64,000 nucleotides of DNA from IMG/VR virus record IMGVR_UViG_3300008448_000009, positions 1-64,000 of that record; one strand, 5' to 3'. The stretch comes from a virus. The translations under genes were made by a program, and so were the position numbers. The notes under the pieces were generated by a model. That model made no database searches. It was not told the origin of the DNA and was given only the letters and a program-made list of their open reading frames with translations. Position 1 is the stretch's first letter. Every line of letters starts with the position of its first letter. Below, one piece after another: positions 31,482 through 41,092 of the stretch.

Positions 31482-31910
31482 ATGAATAGTAACATCAATG
31501 ATAAACAAATTAAAAGCACCGATGGCCAAGTTAAAAACCATCAAGCTTTTGCTATGGAACTATCTAGGATTGGTGAAGCTAAAAAAATGTGTGAAGAAAC
31601 TAAAAATTGTTTTGAATACAATAGATTAGGTGGTCAAAAAAGAAAAATAGAACTTGAATCAATAGTTCAAAGTGAAAGAAAAAGGGATGAAATGAGAAGA
31701 AAAACTCAAATGGATACAAATCCTGAAAACATGCACCAAGATGAAAAAAAACCAACTGACGTTGGTGTTGCTAAAGTGACAAAATCAGCGGACCATAGTG
31801 GCGGTGAAGTAAAAAAGATTCTTTCTAACTCACAAGCATTATCTGAAGAAATTTCTAATATGAAATATTTAATAGAATACATGAATAATAACAAAAAACA
31901 AAAACTATAA
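31482..31910 (+). CDS. Hypothetical protein
   Basis: 142-aa ORF, tightly coupled to its neighbours. Confidence 0.6.
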   Translation: MNSNINDKQIKSTDGQVKNHQAFAMELSRIGEAKKMCEETKNCFEYNRLGGQKRKIELESIVQSERKRDEMRRKTQMDTNPENMHQDEKKPTDVGVAKVTKSADHSGGEVKKILSNSQALSEEISNMKYLIEYMNNNKKQKL

Positions 31911-31913
31911 AAC

Positions 31914-32372
31914 ATGCCTACAGTTTACAACGGTGGTCAATCACCATTAGAAAATTATGCAATCAACGGTAACCCAATATATCCTGGGACTGGTAGATTA
32001 GCTATTATCCAACAAACTAGAATTGGTACTGGTAAATATACCTTCCAAGGACCTTATAAAAACCCACAAATAACAGGTAACCTAAACGACGTTTACGGTG
32101 CTACCAACACAAACGCATTAGCTGATAACTTATCCCCATATAATGGTAGAGGTACTGGTGACGGTGTAACTAACGGTGTATATGCAGCAATTACTAATTA
32201 TGCTGGTGGTAATATTGAAGACATAAATGGTGTTGCTTCTTATGCGGGTTCTGGTAGAAATCAAGAAGTTACTCTTAATGCTGCGACTTGGGGTTACGGA
32301 CCATCAGCTATTGCTGGTAGTAACTATGTAATACCTAACACAGCTGGTAACGTTGGTCAAGTAATAATCTAA
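31914..32372 (+). CDS. Hypothetical G/N-rich protein, probably structural
   Basis: 152 aa with very few charged residues. Confidence 0.6.
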   Translation: MPTVYNGGQSPLENYAINGNPIYPGTGRLAIIQQTRIGTGKYTFQGPYKNPQITGNLNDVYGATNTNALADNLSPYNGRGTGDGVTNGVYAAITNYAGGNIEDINGVASYAGSGRNQEVTLNAATWGYGPSAIAGSNYVIPNTAGNVGQVII

Positions 32373-32383
32373 AAAAATATTTT

Positions 32384-32881
32384 ATGAACCTTTACAATAT
32401 CTTTGAAGAAGTTATATTAGAAGAAATCAAGAAAAATTCTCAGTTAATTTCTGAGGGTGTTTCTTCTGATGCTGTTAAATCTGCTATCAGAGATAAAGTA
32501 AATGTAAACATACTTTATCAAGATTATGTTGACCAACCACCTAGTAAACGATATATACAAGTATATAATTACGCATCAACTAAAGCAAACAACGACTCAA
32601 TTAGAGCGTATCAAATTAGTGGTGGTTCAAAAACTAAAAAACCAAATGCTTGGAAAATATTTTTGTTAGATAAAATAGTTGGTTGGTATCCAACAAACAT
32701 GAAATGGCAAAACCCTGTATCTGATTACGATGCTAGCATTCCAGCTTATAACCAGTTAGGTGATAGAACGATGAGTCAAGTTTATGATAAAGTCAATCCT
32801 GATACGTTCACTAGACAAAGAAGTGATATTTATCAAAACCCTAACTTAACACAAGATAACGAAGAAGACGAAGAATTTTAA
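32384..32881 (+). CDS. Stand-alone WYL-like domain protein
   Basis: VNILY...KRYIQVY...IRAYQ...WKIFLLDKI matches the WYL Sm-like pattern (R-x-F-R-L-D-R-I-like). No HTH domain seen. Confidence 0.55.
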   Translation: MNLYNIFEEVILEEIKKNSQLISEGVSSDAVKSAIRDKVNVNILYQDYVDQPPSKRYIQVYNYASTKANNDSIRAYQISGGSKTKKPNAWKIFLLDKIVGWYPTNMKWQNPVSDYDASIPAYNQLGDRTMSQVYDKVNPDTFTRQRSDIYQNPNLTQDNEEDEEF

Positions 32882-32885
32882 AATT

Positions 32886-33500
32886 ATGGATGTACCAAAA
32901 CCAGTAGATATAGGTGCTTTAAGTGCTTTATTAGGTAAAGCAAAACAAGTAATGAATGTGGTAGAATCTAGAGCTCCAGAAAAAAAACAAGAAAGAGGTC
33001 GAGATTTTGACCCTAGAGACTCATATAATCAATCAATGTTTGATAATACTCCAATATATAATGAATCTGACGAAAGAGAACCTATCTATGAAAATTATCA
33101 ACAATCAGCACCACAAGGTGTTGTTCAAAACCATGACTACACCCCAGAACAAATTATGGCGTCAAATTTACCTCCAATAGTAAAAGAAGCGATGTTAAAA
33201 AACCCAATCCCTAGATTGAGTGGACCACCTTCAAAAGTTAGTGCTGAAGACATTGCTAGAATAACTGGAGCTAAAATTAGAACACCACAACATCAACAAC
33301 AAAGACAAGTTATTTCTGAAGGTAGAACGAGTGATGATATGATAACGATTAGCAAAACCCAATTACAAGATATGATTAATGAATCAATCAACACTTTCTT
33401 TAAGCAAACGTATAATAAAACTGTTACAGAAGAAACAATAAAAAAGACAATTAATCTACTAATAAAAGAAGGTAAAATACAAACTAAAAGAAAAATATAA
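32886..33500 (+). CDS. Hypothetical protein
   Basis: 204-aa ORF ending at a terminator. Confidence 0.65.
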   Translation: MDVPKPVDIGALSALLGKAKQVMNVVESRAPEKKQERGRDFDPRDSYNQSMFDNTPIYNESDEREPIYENYQQSAPQGVVQNHDYTPEQIMASNLPPIVKEAMLKNPIPRLSGPPSKVSAEDIARITGAKIRTPQHQQQRQVISEGRTSDDMITISKTQLQDMINESINTFFKQTYNKTVTEETIKKTINLLIKEGKIQTKRKI

Positions 33501-33530
33501 AAAAAAGGGGTTTAATAACCCCTTTTTTAT
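33499..33530 (+). terminator. Intrinsic terminator
   Basis: AAAAAAGGGGTT-taat-AACCCCTTTTTT. Confidence 0.85.
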
Positions 33531-33560
33531 TTACTATTTGTTTTTAAAACGATATATTTA
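33530..33560 (+). promoter_or_regulatory. Putative promoter for the glycosyltransferase region
   Basis: TTTACT-17-TATATT. Confidence 0.45.
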
Positions 33561-33592
33561 AAAATCAATAAAATGTTTTAAAACAAATTTTC

Positions 33593-34819
33593 ATGAAAAA
33601 ATTAAAAGTATTGGTAGTGCCTTCAGACCGTACAGGTGTAAGCTACTTCCGTTCAACAAACCCACACATCGCATTAGAAAACAATTACCCAGATGAGTTT
33701 TCAGTAGATATTGATTATGAACCACAATTAAATAACGATGAGTGGTTAAAACAATATGACATCATTCATTACCATAGAACACTTGGTAGTTACGAGCAAA
33801 TGCCACAATTATTACAACATCTAGATAATTTAGGTATAGTTACCATTATGGATTTAGATGACCATTGGGCTCCAGGTCCACACCACCCAGCATATCACAT
33901 TATTAAATCTTCTGGGTTAGATAAAAAGATATTAGACAACATCAAGTGCGCTAGAAACGTAACAACAACAACACGTTTATTTGCAGAAGAAATAGCTAAA
34001 CACAATAAAAATGTTTTTGTTCTTCCAAACGCAGTTGAACCAACTGAAAAACAATTTACTCCAAACTTAGAAAAATCTGATAGAATTAGAATCGGATGGT
34101 TAGGTGGGTCTTCTCACTTAAAAGATTTAGAAATTCTTAATGGTGTTGTGACTAAATTAAGAGGTGATAATTTGATTGACAAAGTTCAGTTTGTTTTGTG
34201 TGGTTTTGATACAAGAGGTACACACACAGAAATTGACCAAGCAACTGGTCAGCAAAAAGTAAGACAAATTACACCTATGGAAAGTGTTTGGTTTAGATAT
34301 GAAAAAATATTTACAGACAACTATCAAATCGTTAGCCCAGAGTATAAATCTCACCTTATGAAATTTACATTGGATGAATTCCCAAATGTTGCTAATGAAC
34401 CGTATAGAAGAGTTTGGACAAAACCAATATCAACTTACGCGTCAAACTATAATTTATTTGATATTTCATTGGCACCACTAGAAGAAAACGTTTTCAACAA
34501 AGTTAAAAGTCAACTAAAGGTTATCGAAGCTGGTTTTCACCATAAAGCTATTATCGCTCAAGACTTTGGCCCATATAAATTGGATTTAAAAAATGCGATT
34601 CAATATGGTGGTGGTTTTGATGAAACAGCCAACGGTATTCTTATCGACTCTAAAAAGAACCACAAAGATTGGTATACTTCGTTGAAAAAATTAATAACAA
34701 ACCCTAATATGATTCCAATCCTTCAAGAAAATCTTTACAACACTGTTAAAGACACATATTCAATGAACAAAGTAACTGAGGATAGAAAAGAATTATATTT
34801 AAAATTAACACAAAAATAA
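33593..34819 (+). CDS. GT-B fold (GT4-like) glycosyltransferase
   Basis: IGWLGGSSH and DISLAPL...FNKVKSQLKVIEAG motifs. Confidence 0.8.
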   Translation: MKKLKVLVVPSDRTGVSYFRSTNPHIALENNYPDEFSVDIDYEPQLNNDEWLKQYDIIHYHRTLGSYEQMPQLLQHLDNLGIVTIMDLDDHWAPGPHHPAYHIIKSSGLDKKILDNIKCARNVTTTTRLFAEEIAKHNKNVFVLPNAVEPTEKQFTPNLEKSDRIRIGWLGGSSHLKDLEILNGVVTKLRGDNLIDKVQFVLCGFDTRGTHTEIDQATGQQKVRQITPMESVWFRYEKIFTDNYQIVSPEYKSHLMKFTLDEFPNVANEPYRRVWTKPISTYASNYNLFDISLAPLEENVFNKVKSQLKVIEAGFHHKAIIAQDFGPYKLDLKNAIQYGGGFDETANGILIDSKKNHKDWYTSLKKLITNPNMIPILQENLYNTVKDTYSMNKVTEDRKELYLKLTQK

Positions 34820-34820
34820 A

Positions 34821-35210
34821 ATGGGAAAGAAAAAAGATTTAAAAAAAGTATTGGTATTTTTGGCTGATTATTTAAAAGAAGAAAAAACTAAAAAAAGAAA
34901 AAAAGTTAAAGTTGAAAAAACATTGTTGGTTGAACAAAAAGAAGATGAATTAACTAAACTTAAAACACCTATAGATAACCTTAGTGTAACGGCAGAACAT
35001 ATCAAAGACCTTATGGATAGGATTGATGAAAAAAGAGTGGAAGAAGCTAAAACTAAAACTTTGTTATCCAACCAAAGAAAAGAATTTCAAGAAGAGATTA
35101 AAAAAGTAAAAGAAAACGCTATTGAAAAAATTTTAGAGTCTAAAAAAGAAGAAGAAGTTTTATTAAGTGGTGTTACTTTGTCAGTGTTAAATAATGATTT
35201 TTCAAATTAA
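34821..35210 (+). CDS. Hypothetical K/E-rich coiled-coil protein
   Basis: 129-aa ORF. Confidence 0.55.
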   Translation: MGKKKDLKKVLVFLADYLKEEKTKKRKKVKVEKTLLVEQKEDELTKLKTPIDNLSVTAEHIKDLMDRIDEKRVEEAKTKTLLSNQRKEFQEEIKKVKENAIEKILESKKEEEVLLSGVTLSVLNNDFSN

Positions 35211-35237
35211 CATAGATAAAAAAAGTATACAAAAACA

Positions 35238-35268
35238 TTGATTTTTTGTATTTTTATGCGTATATTTG
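35238..35268 (+). promoter_or_regulatory. Host-type promoter
   Basis: TTGATT-17-TATATTTG, the same architecture as 8491..8521. Confidence 0.6.
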
Positions 35269-35301
35269 TAAAAAAATAACAGATACTAATATATAAAAAC
35301 A

Positions 35302-35853
35302 ATGTCTTTAACACAAGAAAAAATCCTTGCTAACACAAAAAAATATTTTGAGACAGCAAAAAATAATGATTTCATGACTGATGAACTTATGACTTTCTTA
35401 GGTGAAAGTTTTATAAAAGCTCCAGCATCAACAATGGATTCTTTACATAACGCTTTTGAAGGTGGTCTAATTGACCATTTATTAAGAGTTGCGTTTTACG
35501 CTGTAAGATTCAATAACTCATTACCAGACGACAAAAAAGTAGACCAAAAAAGTCTTCTTAAAGTTTGTTTGCTACACCAAATCGGTAAAGCTAATCTTTA
35601 TGTTGACGGTCCAGAATGGGCAAAGAAAAACGGTAAACATTACGATTTCAACAACTTATTGGTTTCAATGAGAGTTAGTGAAAGAAGTATTTACTATGCA
35701 ACATCTAATGGAGTTACTTTCACAGAAGAAGAATTTGGCGCTATTCTAATGTCAGATAAATCAGATGACAAACAAGCAGAATACCATAATTCAACTTTGG
35801 GTGATTTGTTAAAAATGTCTAACTTATTTGCAATTAAACACGAGAAAAACTAA
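35302..35853 (+). CDS. HD-domain phosphohydrolase-like protein (HD changed to HQ)
   Basis: APAS...HNAFEGGLIDHLL...CLLHQIGK resembles YhaM-type HD proteins. Confidence 0.7.
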   Translation: MSLTQEKILANTKKYFETAKNNDFMTDELMTFLGESFIKAPASTMDSLHNAFEGGLIDHLLRVAFYAVRFNNSLPDDKKVDQKSLLKVCLLHQIGKANLYVDGPEWAKKNGKHYDFNNLLVSMRVSERSIYYATSNGVTFTEEEFGAILMSDKSDDKQAEYHNSTLGDLLKMSNLFAIKHEKN

Positions 35854-36434
35854 TGAATTACAACGTTGAAGAAATGAGAAAGAAGTTATTAGATACTTTT
35901 GATTCTAATAGCGGTTATACTATGGATGATTTTAACAAAGAGTTCAATAACCAAATGCCTTTAAGTATTGCTGAACAATTCAAATTCAAGGTTAATTTCA
36001 AAAATGAATCAACAAACCCAGACCCAGAGTATGCAACTGCTGGGTCTTCTGGTTTTGATTTAAGAGCTAATCTAGTAGACGGTCCTATGAAACTATACAC
36101 TGGTGAAAGAGCTATAGTGCCAACTGGTTTATTTTTTGAATTACCAGAAAACTTTGAGATTCAAGTTAGACCTAGAAGTGGTTTGGCTGCTAAGAATGGT
36201 GTTACGGTTTTGAATACACCTGGAACGGTTGATGCTGATTATCGCGGTGAAATTAAAGTTATCTTAATTAATTTAGGTGAAAAACCATTTGAAATATTTC
36301 ATGGTGATAGAATAGCCCAAGCAGTTGTTGCTAGTGTAACAGCTAAAAACATTATTAACTTAAATAGAGTTACTGAAATATCAGAAAACACTGAACGTGG
36401 TTCTGGTGGGTTTGGTAGCACAGGAATAAACTAA
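35853..36434 (+). CDS. dut: Trimeric dUTPase
   Basis: All five motifs: SGFDL, RPRSG, GTVDADYRGE, GDRIAQ and RGSGGFGSTG. Confidence 0.97.
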   Translation: MNYNVEEMRKKLLDTFDSNSGYTMDDFNKEFNNQMPLSIAEQFKFKVNFKNESTNPDPEYATAGSSGFDLRANLVDGPMKLYTGERAIVPTGLFFELPENFEIQVRPRSGLAAKNGVTVLNTPGTVDADYRGEIKVILINLGEKPFEIFHGDRIAQAVVASVTAKNIINLNRVTEISENTERGSGGFGSTGIN

Positions 36435-36438
36435 AACA

Positions 36439-38085
36439 ATGGTAACAGTAGTATATTGTACAAGAGAAACAAAGCCAGAACATAGAGAACACTTGATTAA
36501 GTCTTCTGGGCTTCATAAACACATTGAGGTGATAGAAATCATCAACAATGGTGAATCACTAACCAAAGCGTATAATCGTGGCTTAAAACAAGCTAAAAAC
36601 AATATTGTGGTTTTTTGTCATGATGATTTAACTATTGAGACAAAACAATGGGGTAATAAATTAACCAAACTATTTGATAAAAACCCAAAGTTTGGTATCA
36701 TTGGTGTTGCTGGTAGCAAAAACATGCCAGAGTCTGGTCAATGGTGGGAAAACAGAAGTAAAATGTATGGTCGCGTACAACACACGCACGAAGGCAAAAC
36801 TTGGTTATCAAGTTATTCTGAGGACTTAGGTCAAGAACTTGAAGAAGTTGTTGTTTGTGATGGTGTTTGGTTTGCTGTTGATAAGACAAGGTTAAAAAAA
36901 GAATTTAATGAACAAGTTGAAGGATTTCATTTTTATGACGTAACTTTTGCTTTTGAAAACTATCTACAAGGTGTTAAAGTTGGGGTAACTACTGCTATTA
37001 GAATCAATCACCAATCTATCGGTATGACCAACGAAGCGTGGGAAAAAAACAGAGCTGATTTCTCTGAAGCTTTCCAAGCATTCTTACCAGCAAACGTAAA
37101 GAAAACACTTAGAAAAGGTCAAAAACTTAAAGTACTTATTGGCTGTTTAAGTTTTGCTAATTATACTGGTTCAGAACTATACGTTTTTGAGCTAGCCAAA
37201 CAACTAATTAAACAGGGTTGTGATGTTTCTGTATGTTCAAGTATTGGAGAACCTTTATTATCTGCTGCAAATAAACTAGGTGTTAAAATGTATAGTATAC
37301 AAGAACCACCTGGTTTTAAACTAGGTGATGGTAAATGGATGTTAAAATCGCCACAAGGTGATGTAGTATCACAACCAAACACACTGTACAAAGTTAGTGA
37401 TGTAAATTTTGATGTAATTCATTTAAACCACAAACCAGTTACAGAACATTTATTAAGATTCTATCCAGAAACACCTGTAATCTGTTCTATACATTCAGAA
37501 GTAATCTCTTTAGAAGAACCAGTTATTTCCCCACAAATAAAACAATACATAGCTATTAGACCAGAAATTAAAGAACACATCGTGGAGACTTTTGGTGTTG
37601 ATAAAGATTTGGTTAGTGTTATCTACAACCCAATTGATGCTGATAAATTTAAAGTGGTTAACACAACTGAAAAAAGAAATAAAAAAAGAATACTTTTTGT
37701 CGGTACTATTGATTATCTTAGAAGAAACACAATTCAAGATTTGATAAATGTTACTCGAGAAAACAACCAAGAACTTTGGATTGTTGGGAAGAAAAACGAT
37801 ACGTATTTAGATGATATGATAGCCAACGAACCACATGTAACATATTATGAACCTACATCTAATGTTGAAAAATTCATTCATCAATGTGATGAAACCGCTG
37901 GGATACTTTTAGGTAGAACAACTATTGAAGGTTGGATGTGTGGTAAATCTGGTTGGATTTACAACGTTGATTCTACTGGAATTATATTGTCAAAAGCATT
38001 GCATGAAGTACCTACAGACGTTGATAAATTTAACAGCAAAAACATAACAACCCAAATAATTGAAGAATATAAAAAAATATTATAA
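36439..38085 (+). CDS. Fusion of GT2-like and GT-B glycosyltransferase domains
   Basis: N-terminal SLTKAYNRG...VFCHDD...GFHFYD. C-terminal TGSELYVFELA...NPID...GRTTIEG. Confidence 0.8.
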   Translation: MVTVVYCTRETKPEHREHLIKSSGLHKHIEVIEIINNGESLTKAYNRGLKQAKNNIVVFCHDDLTIETKQWGNKLTKLFDKNPKFGIIGVAGSKNMPESGQWWENRSKMYGRVQHTHEGKTWLSSYSEDLGQELEEVVVCDGVWFAVDKTRLKKEFNEQVEGFHFYDVTFAFENYLQGVKVGVTTAIRINHQSIGMTNEAWEKNRADFSEAFQAFLPANVKKTLRKGQKLKVLIGCLSFANYTGSELYVFELAKQLIKQGCDVSVCSSIGEPLLSAANKLGVKMYSIQEPPGFKLGDGKWMLKSPQGDVVSQPNTLYKVSDVNFDVIHLNHKPVTEHLLRFYPETPVICSIHSEVISLEEPVISPQIKQYIAIRPEIKEHIVETFGVDKDLVSVIYNPIDADKFKVVNTTEKRNKKRILFVGTIDYLRRNTIQDLINVTRENNQELWIVGKKNDTYLDDMIANEPHVTYYEPTSNVEKFIHQCDETAGILLGRTTIEGWMCGKSGWIYNVDSTGIILSKALHEVPTDVDKFNSKNITTQIIEEYKKIL

Positions 38086-39032
38086 TGAGTGTGATAGAAT
38101 GGTTTAAAAGGAAAGTTGCTGTAGTGTCATTAGCTTTAAGCAACGTTGAAAAAGGCGCGTTGACGCAGACTGGTGAAGGTTTATCTAGTGATGTAACACA
38201 TAGTCAAAGACTTAGTCAAGGTCAAGTTGCTGATTCATTGATAAATGGTGAAGTAACTCAAGAAGTGCTTAATCTTAAATGGAGGACATATAAGGTTTTG
38301 AAAGCCACTGAAGGTCTTACAGCTGAAATAGTTGGTTATGATAAGGATGGTATGCCTATAGTTAAAACTCAAAAAAGAAGCAAGAAAAAAGGTCTTAAAA
38401 AAGTAAACTTAGATACTATCGATAACTATGTGTTAGAGATGGTTGTCGACAATAGTGAGATAGTATTATCTGGAAGTCAAGCTATGGATAACGAACATAT
38501 TAGTTTATTAGATGAGGTTATGTTAAATGATGGTGAGATTGGACAAACAGCTACTCATGGTAGTATTGATTCTGACGAATATTTTATAACTAGTAAAACT
38601 GAACGACCTATAAAAATTGGTAGAGACACATTACCAAATTTTTACATAGAAAATTTTGCCAAGAAATTAAACGTAAGAAAAATTAATAAAAACAAAAGAT
38701 TATTAGAATTCTACGTTAGCAAATATGTTAACGAAGACAATAGAACTAGTAGATTATTTATTAGCGCTATTAAAAAAGTTATGAGCGGTAACACACAAAA
38801 ACAAAGTTTTATAGAACTTAAAGATGTGGAATTTGTTACTTACAAAAGTTTAGGTGTTGAAGATTATTTGGAGTTTAAATACGATATAGAATCTTTTGAT
38901 AAAATAATTGAATTTAACGGATTCTATGTGATAAAATTTGTTGCCAAAGTCACTACTAACGGTAAATACCTTTTTGAAGAACATAGAGTAGATGAGTTAG
39001 ATAAAAAATACGAACAAAAAGCTAAAAAATAA
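38085..39032 (+). CDS. Hypothetical protein
   Basis: 315-aa ORF coupled by TAATG overlaps. Confidence 0.65.
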   Translation: MSVIEWFKRKVAVVSLALSNVEKGALTQTGEGLSSDVTHSQRLSQGQVADSLINGEVTQEVLNLKWRTYKVLKATEGLTAEIVGYDKDGMPIVKTQKRSKKKGLKKVNLDTIDNYVLEMVVDNSEIVLSGSQAMDNEHISLLDEVMLNDGEIGQTATHGSIDSDEYFITSKTERPIKIGRDTLPNFYIENFAKKLNVRKINKNKRLLEFYVSKYVNEDNRTSRLFISAIKKVMSGNTQKQSFIELKDVEFVTYKSLGVEDYLEFKYDIESFDKIIEFNGFYVIKFVAKVTTNGKYLFEEHRVDELDKKYEQKAKK

Positions 39033-39655
39033 TGGTTGATTTAAAAAAATATTTTGATAGAATTTATGTAATCAACCTAGACAGACGACCAGATAGGTTA
39101 GAGAAATTTAATCTAGAGCTTGATAAGTTCGGAATTACCGATGTTGAAAAATTTTCAGCGATTGACGGAACAACTATTTCACCAAATAATAACACTTTGT
39201 TAGCTGGTGAAATAGGTGTTTTAATGTCACATCTAGAAATAATTAAAAAATGTCATTCTGAAGGGGTTAAAAATGTTTTAATATTAGAAGATGATGTGTT
39301 TTTCACTGATGAAATAAAAAAGTTAGATGAATATATGTTAGAAGTCCCTAAAGATTGGGATTTTATTTATTTTGGTGGAAACCATGTTTACGGGGCTGCA
39401 CCAACGAAAATATCAGATAAAGTGCTTAAATTAAATTTTACAGTAGCTTTACAATGTGTTGCGATAAACAATACATTATTTGAAACCATCATGGCTATTT
39501 TACCTAAAATGGGTAAACAAGTTGATGGTTATTACGCACAATTACATAACGTCTACAATGCTTATGGGTTTTATCCTAATATGGCAAAACAAGTTGCTGG
39601 TTTTAGTGACATCCAAAATAGGAACGTAGACTATTCAGGGTTTTTTAAAGATTAA
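39032..39655 (+). CDS. GT25-family glycosyltransferase
   Basis: YVINLDRRPDR, FSAIDG, GEIGVLMSH and LILEDD motifs. Confidence 0.88.
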   Translation: MVDLKKYFDRIYVINLDRRPDRLEKFNLELDKFGITDVEKFSAIDGTTISPNNNTLLAGEIGVLMSHLEIIKKCHSEGVKNVLILEDDVFFTDEIKKLDEYMLEVPKDWDFIYFGGNHVYGAAPTKISDKVLKLNFTVALQCVAINNTLFETIMAILPKMGKQVDGYYAQLHNVYNAYGFYPNMAKQVAGFSDIQNRNVDYSGFFKD

Positions 39656-40479
39656 TGGAAAAATATAAAAATCAATTAATTATTTTCTCTAAAAATAGGG
39701 CGTGTCAATTGAATCTTTTGTTAGATTCGTTAGTATTAAATGCTCCGCTATTATTTGACAAAATACATGTTTTATATAAATCTGAAAACGATTATATTTT
39801 GGGGTACGAAAAACTTAAAGAAAAATACAGTGGTATCAATTTCCATTCTGAAACTAATTTTAGAAAAGATTTATTTAAACTAATAGATGACGAAATTGAA
39901 GTAACAACATTTATGGTTGATGATGCGGTAGTGTTTAAACAAATAATGGCTAGGAAAATAGAAATAATCAAACCAGTTGTTGAAAACAATTTAATATTTT
40001 CATTAAGACTAGGTAAAAATTGTGTTTATTCGCATCCAGCTAATTTAAACTATACTCTTGGTGAACATGAAGTAGATGGTGAATATATTAGCTTCGACTA
40101 TACCAAACAACAAATAGGTGATTTCAAATACCCACTATCAACAGATGGCCATATTTTTAACACTAAATTAATAAAAGATTTACTTATAGATATTAATTTT
40201 CACAACCCAAATACCTTAGAAGCCAATTTACAAAAATTTGTTTTTATGAATTCTATACCTACTAAAATGAAATGTTTTACTGAATCAAAATTAGTTAGCA
40301 TACCAGTTAATTTGGTTAATGAAACCTTTAATAATAGACATGGATTGGAATTTGGTATATCAGAAAAAGAACTTAACGATAAATATCTTAACGGTGAGGT
40401 TATAGATTTAAAATCCATGGATTTTAATGGTATAAATGGACCACATAAAGAAATAATATATAAATTTAAAACGAATTAA
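39655..40479 (+). CDS. GT-A-like glycosyltransferase (putative)
   Basis: IIFSKNRACQL...FMVDD, plus cluster context. Confidence 0.6.
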   Translation: MEKYKNQLIIFSKNRACQLNLLLDSLVLNAPLLFDKIHVLYKSENDYILGYEKLKEKYSGINFHSETNFRKDLFKLIDDEIEVTTFMVDDAVVFKQIMARKIEIIKPVVENNLIFSLRLGKNCVYSHPANLNYTLGEHEVDGEYISFDYTKQQIGDFKYPLSTDGHIFNTKLIKDLLIDINFHNPNTLEANLQKFVFMNSIPTKMKCFTESKLVSIPVNLVNETFNNRHGLEFGISEKELNDKYLNGEVIDLKSMDFNGINGPHKEIIYKFKTN

Positions 40480-40480
40480 A

Positions 40481-41092
40481 ATGCTATTAAACTTAGACAA
40501 TTTAAAAGAAAAATATGACCTTAAAATTAAAGGTATATTACACATTGGTGCTCACGTTGGTCAAGAATATAACACATACCAAAGATTAGGTATTGATAAC
40601 GTAATGTTCTTCGAACCAGTACCATCAACATTTCAAAGACTAAAAGAAAATGTTGGTGATAACGCAATTTTACATAACACTGCTTTAGGTAATATTGAAG
40701 GTGAAGTTGAAATGTTTACTGAAACTATAAACGAAGGACAATCTAGTTCTGTTTTACAACCAGACTATCATTTGGTGCAACACCCAAATATTCAATTTGA
40801 TGGGAAAGAAACTGTTAAAATAACAAAGTTAGATAATTTTATTGAAGATAAAGATAAATATAATTTCATCAACGTAGACGTTCAAGGTTATGAACTAGAA
40901 GTTTTTAAAGGTGGTTCTGAATTTTTAAATTCCATTGATTATATCATGACTGAAGTAAACCGAGCTGAACTTTATAAAGGTTGTGCTAGAATTGAAGAAT
41001 TAGATACTTTCCTAAGTGAATATGGTTTTGAAAGAGTTGAAACAACTTGGGATGGTGGAACATGGGGAGACGCTTTTTATGTTAAAGGATAA
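40481..41092 (+). CDS. FkbM-family methyltransferase
   Basis: HIGAHVG, FFEP, NVDVQGYELEV and WGDAFY motifs. Confidence 0.9.
   Translation: MLLNLDNLKEKYDLKIKGILHIGAHVGQEYNTYQRLGIDNVMFFEPVPSTFQRLKENVGDNAILHNTALGNIEGEVEMFTETINEGQSSSVLQPDYHLVQHPNIQFDGKETVKITKLDNFIEDKDKYNFINVDVQGYELEVFKGGSEFLNSIDYIMTEVNRAELYKGCARIEELDTFLSEYGFERVETTWDGGTWGDAFYVKG

Noticed and set aside
33593-38085. DNA hypermodification (T4-like glucosylation) as the main role of the GTs
   Set aside because: No hydroxymethylase, thymidylate-synthase homolog or base-modifying enzyme is seen in the window, and the GT10/11/25/8 families build oligosaccharides. Not excluded for the GT-B proteins.
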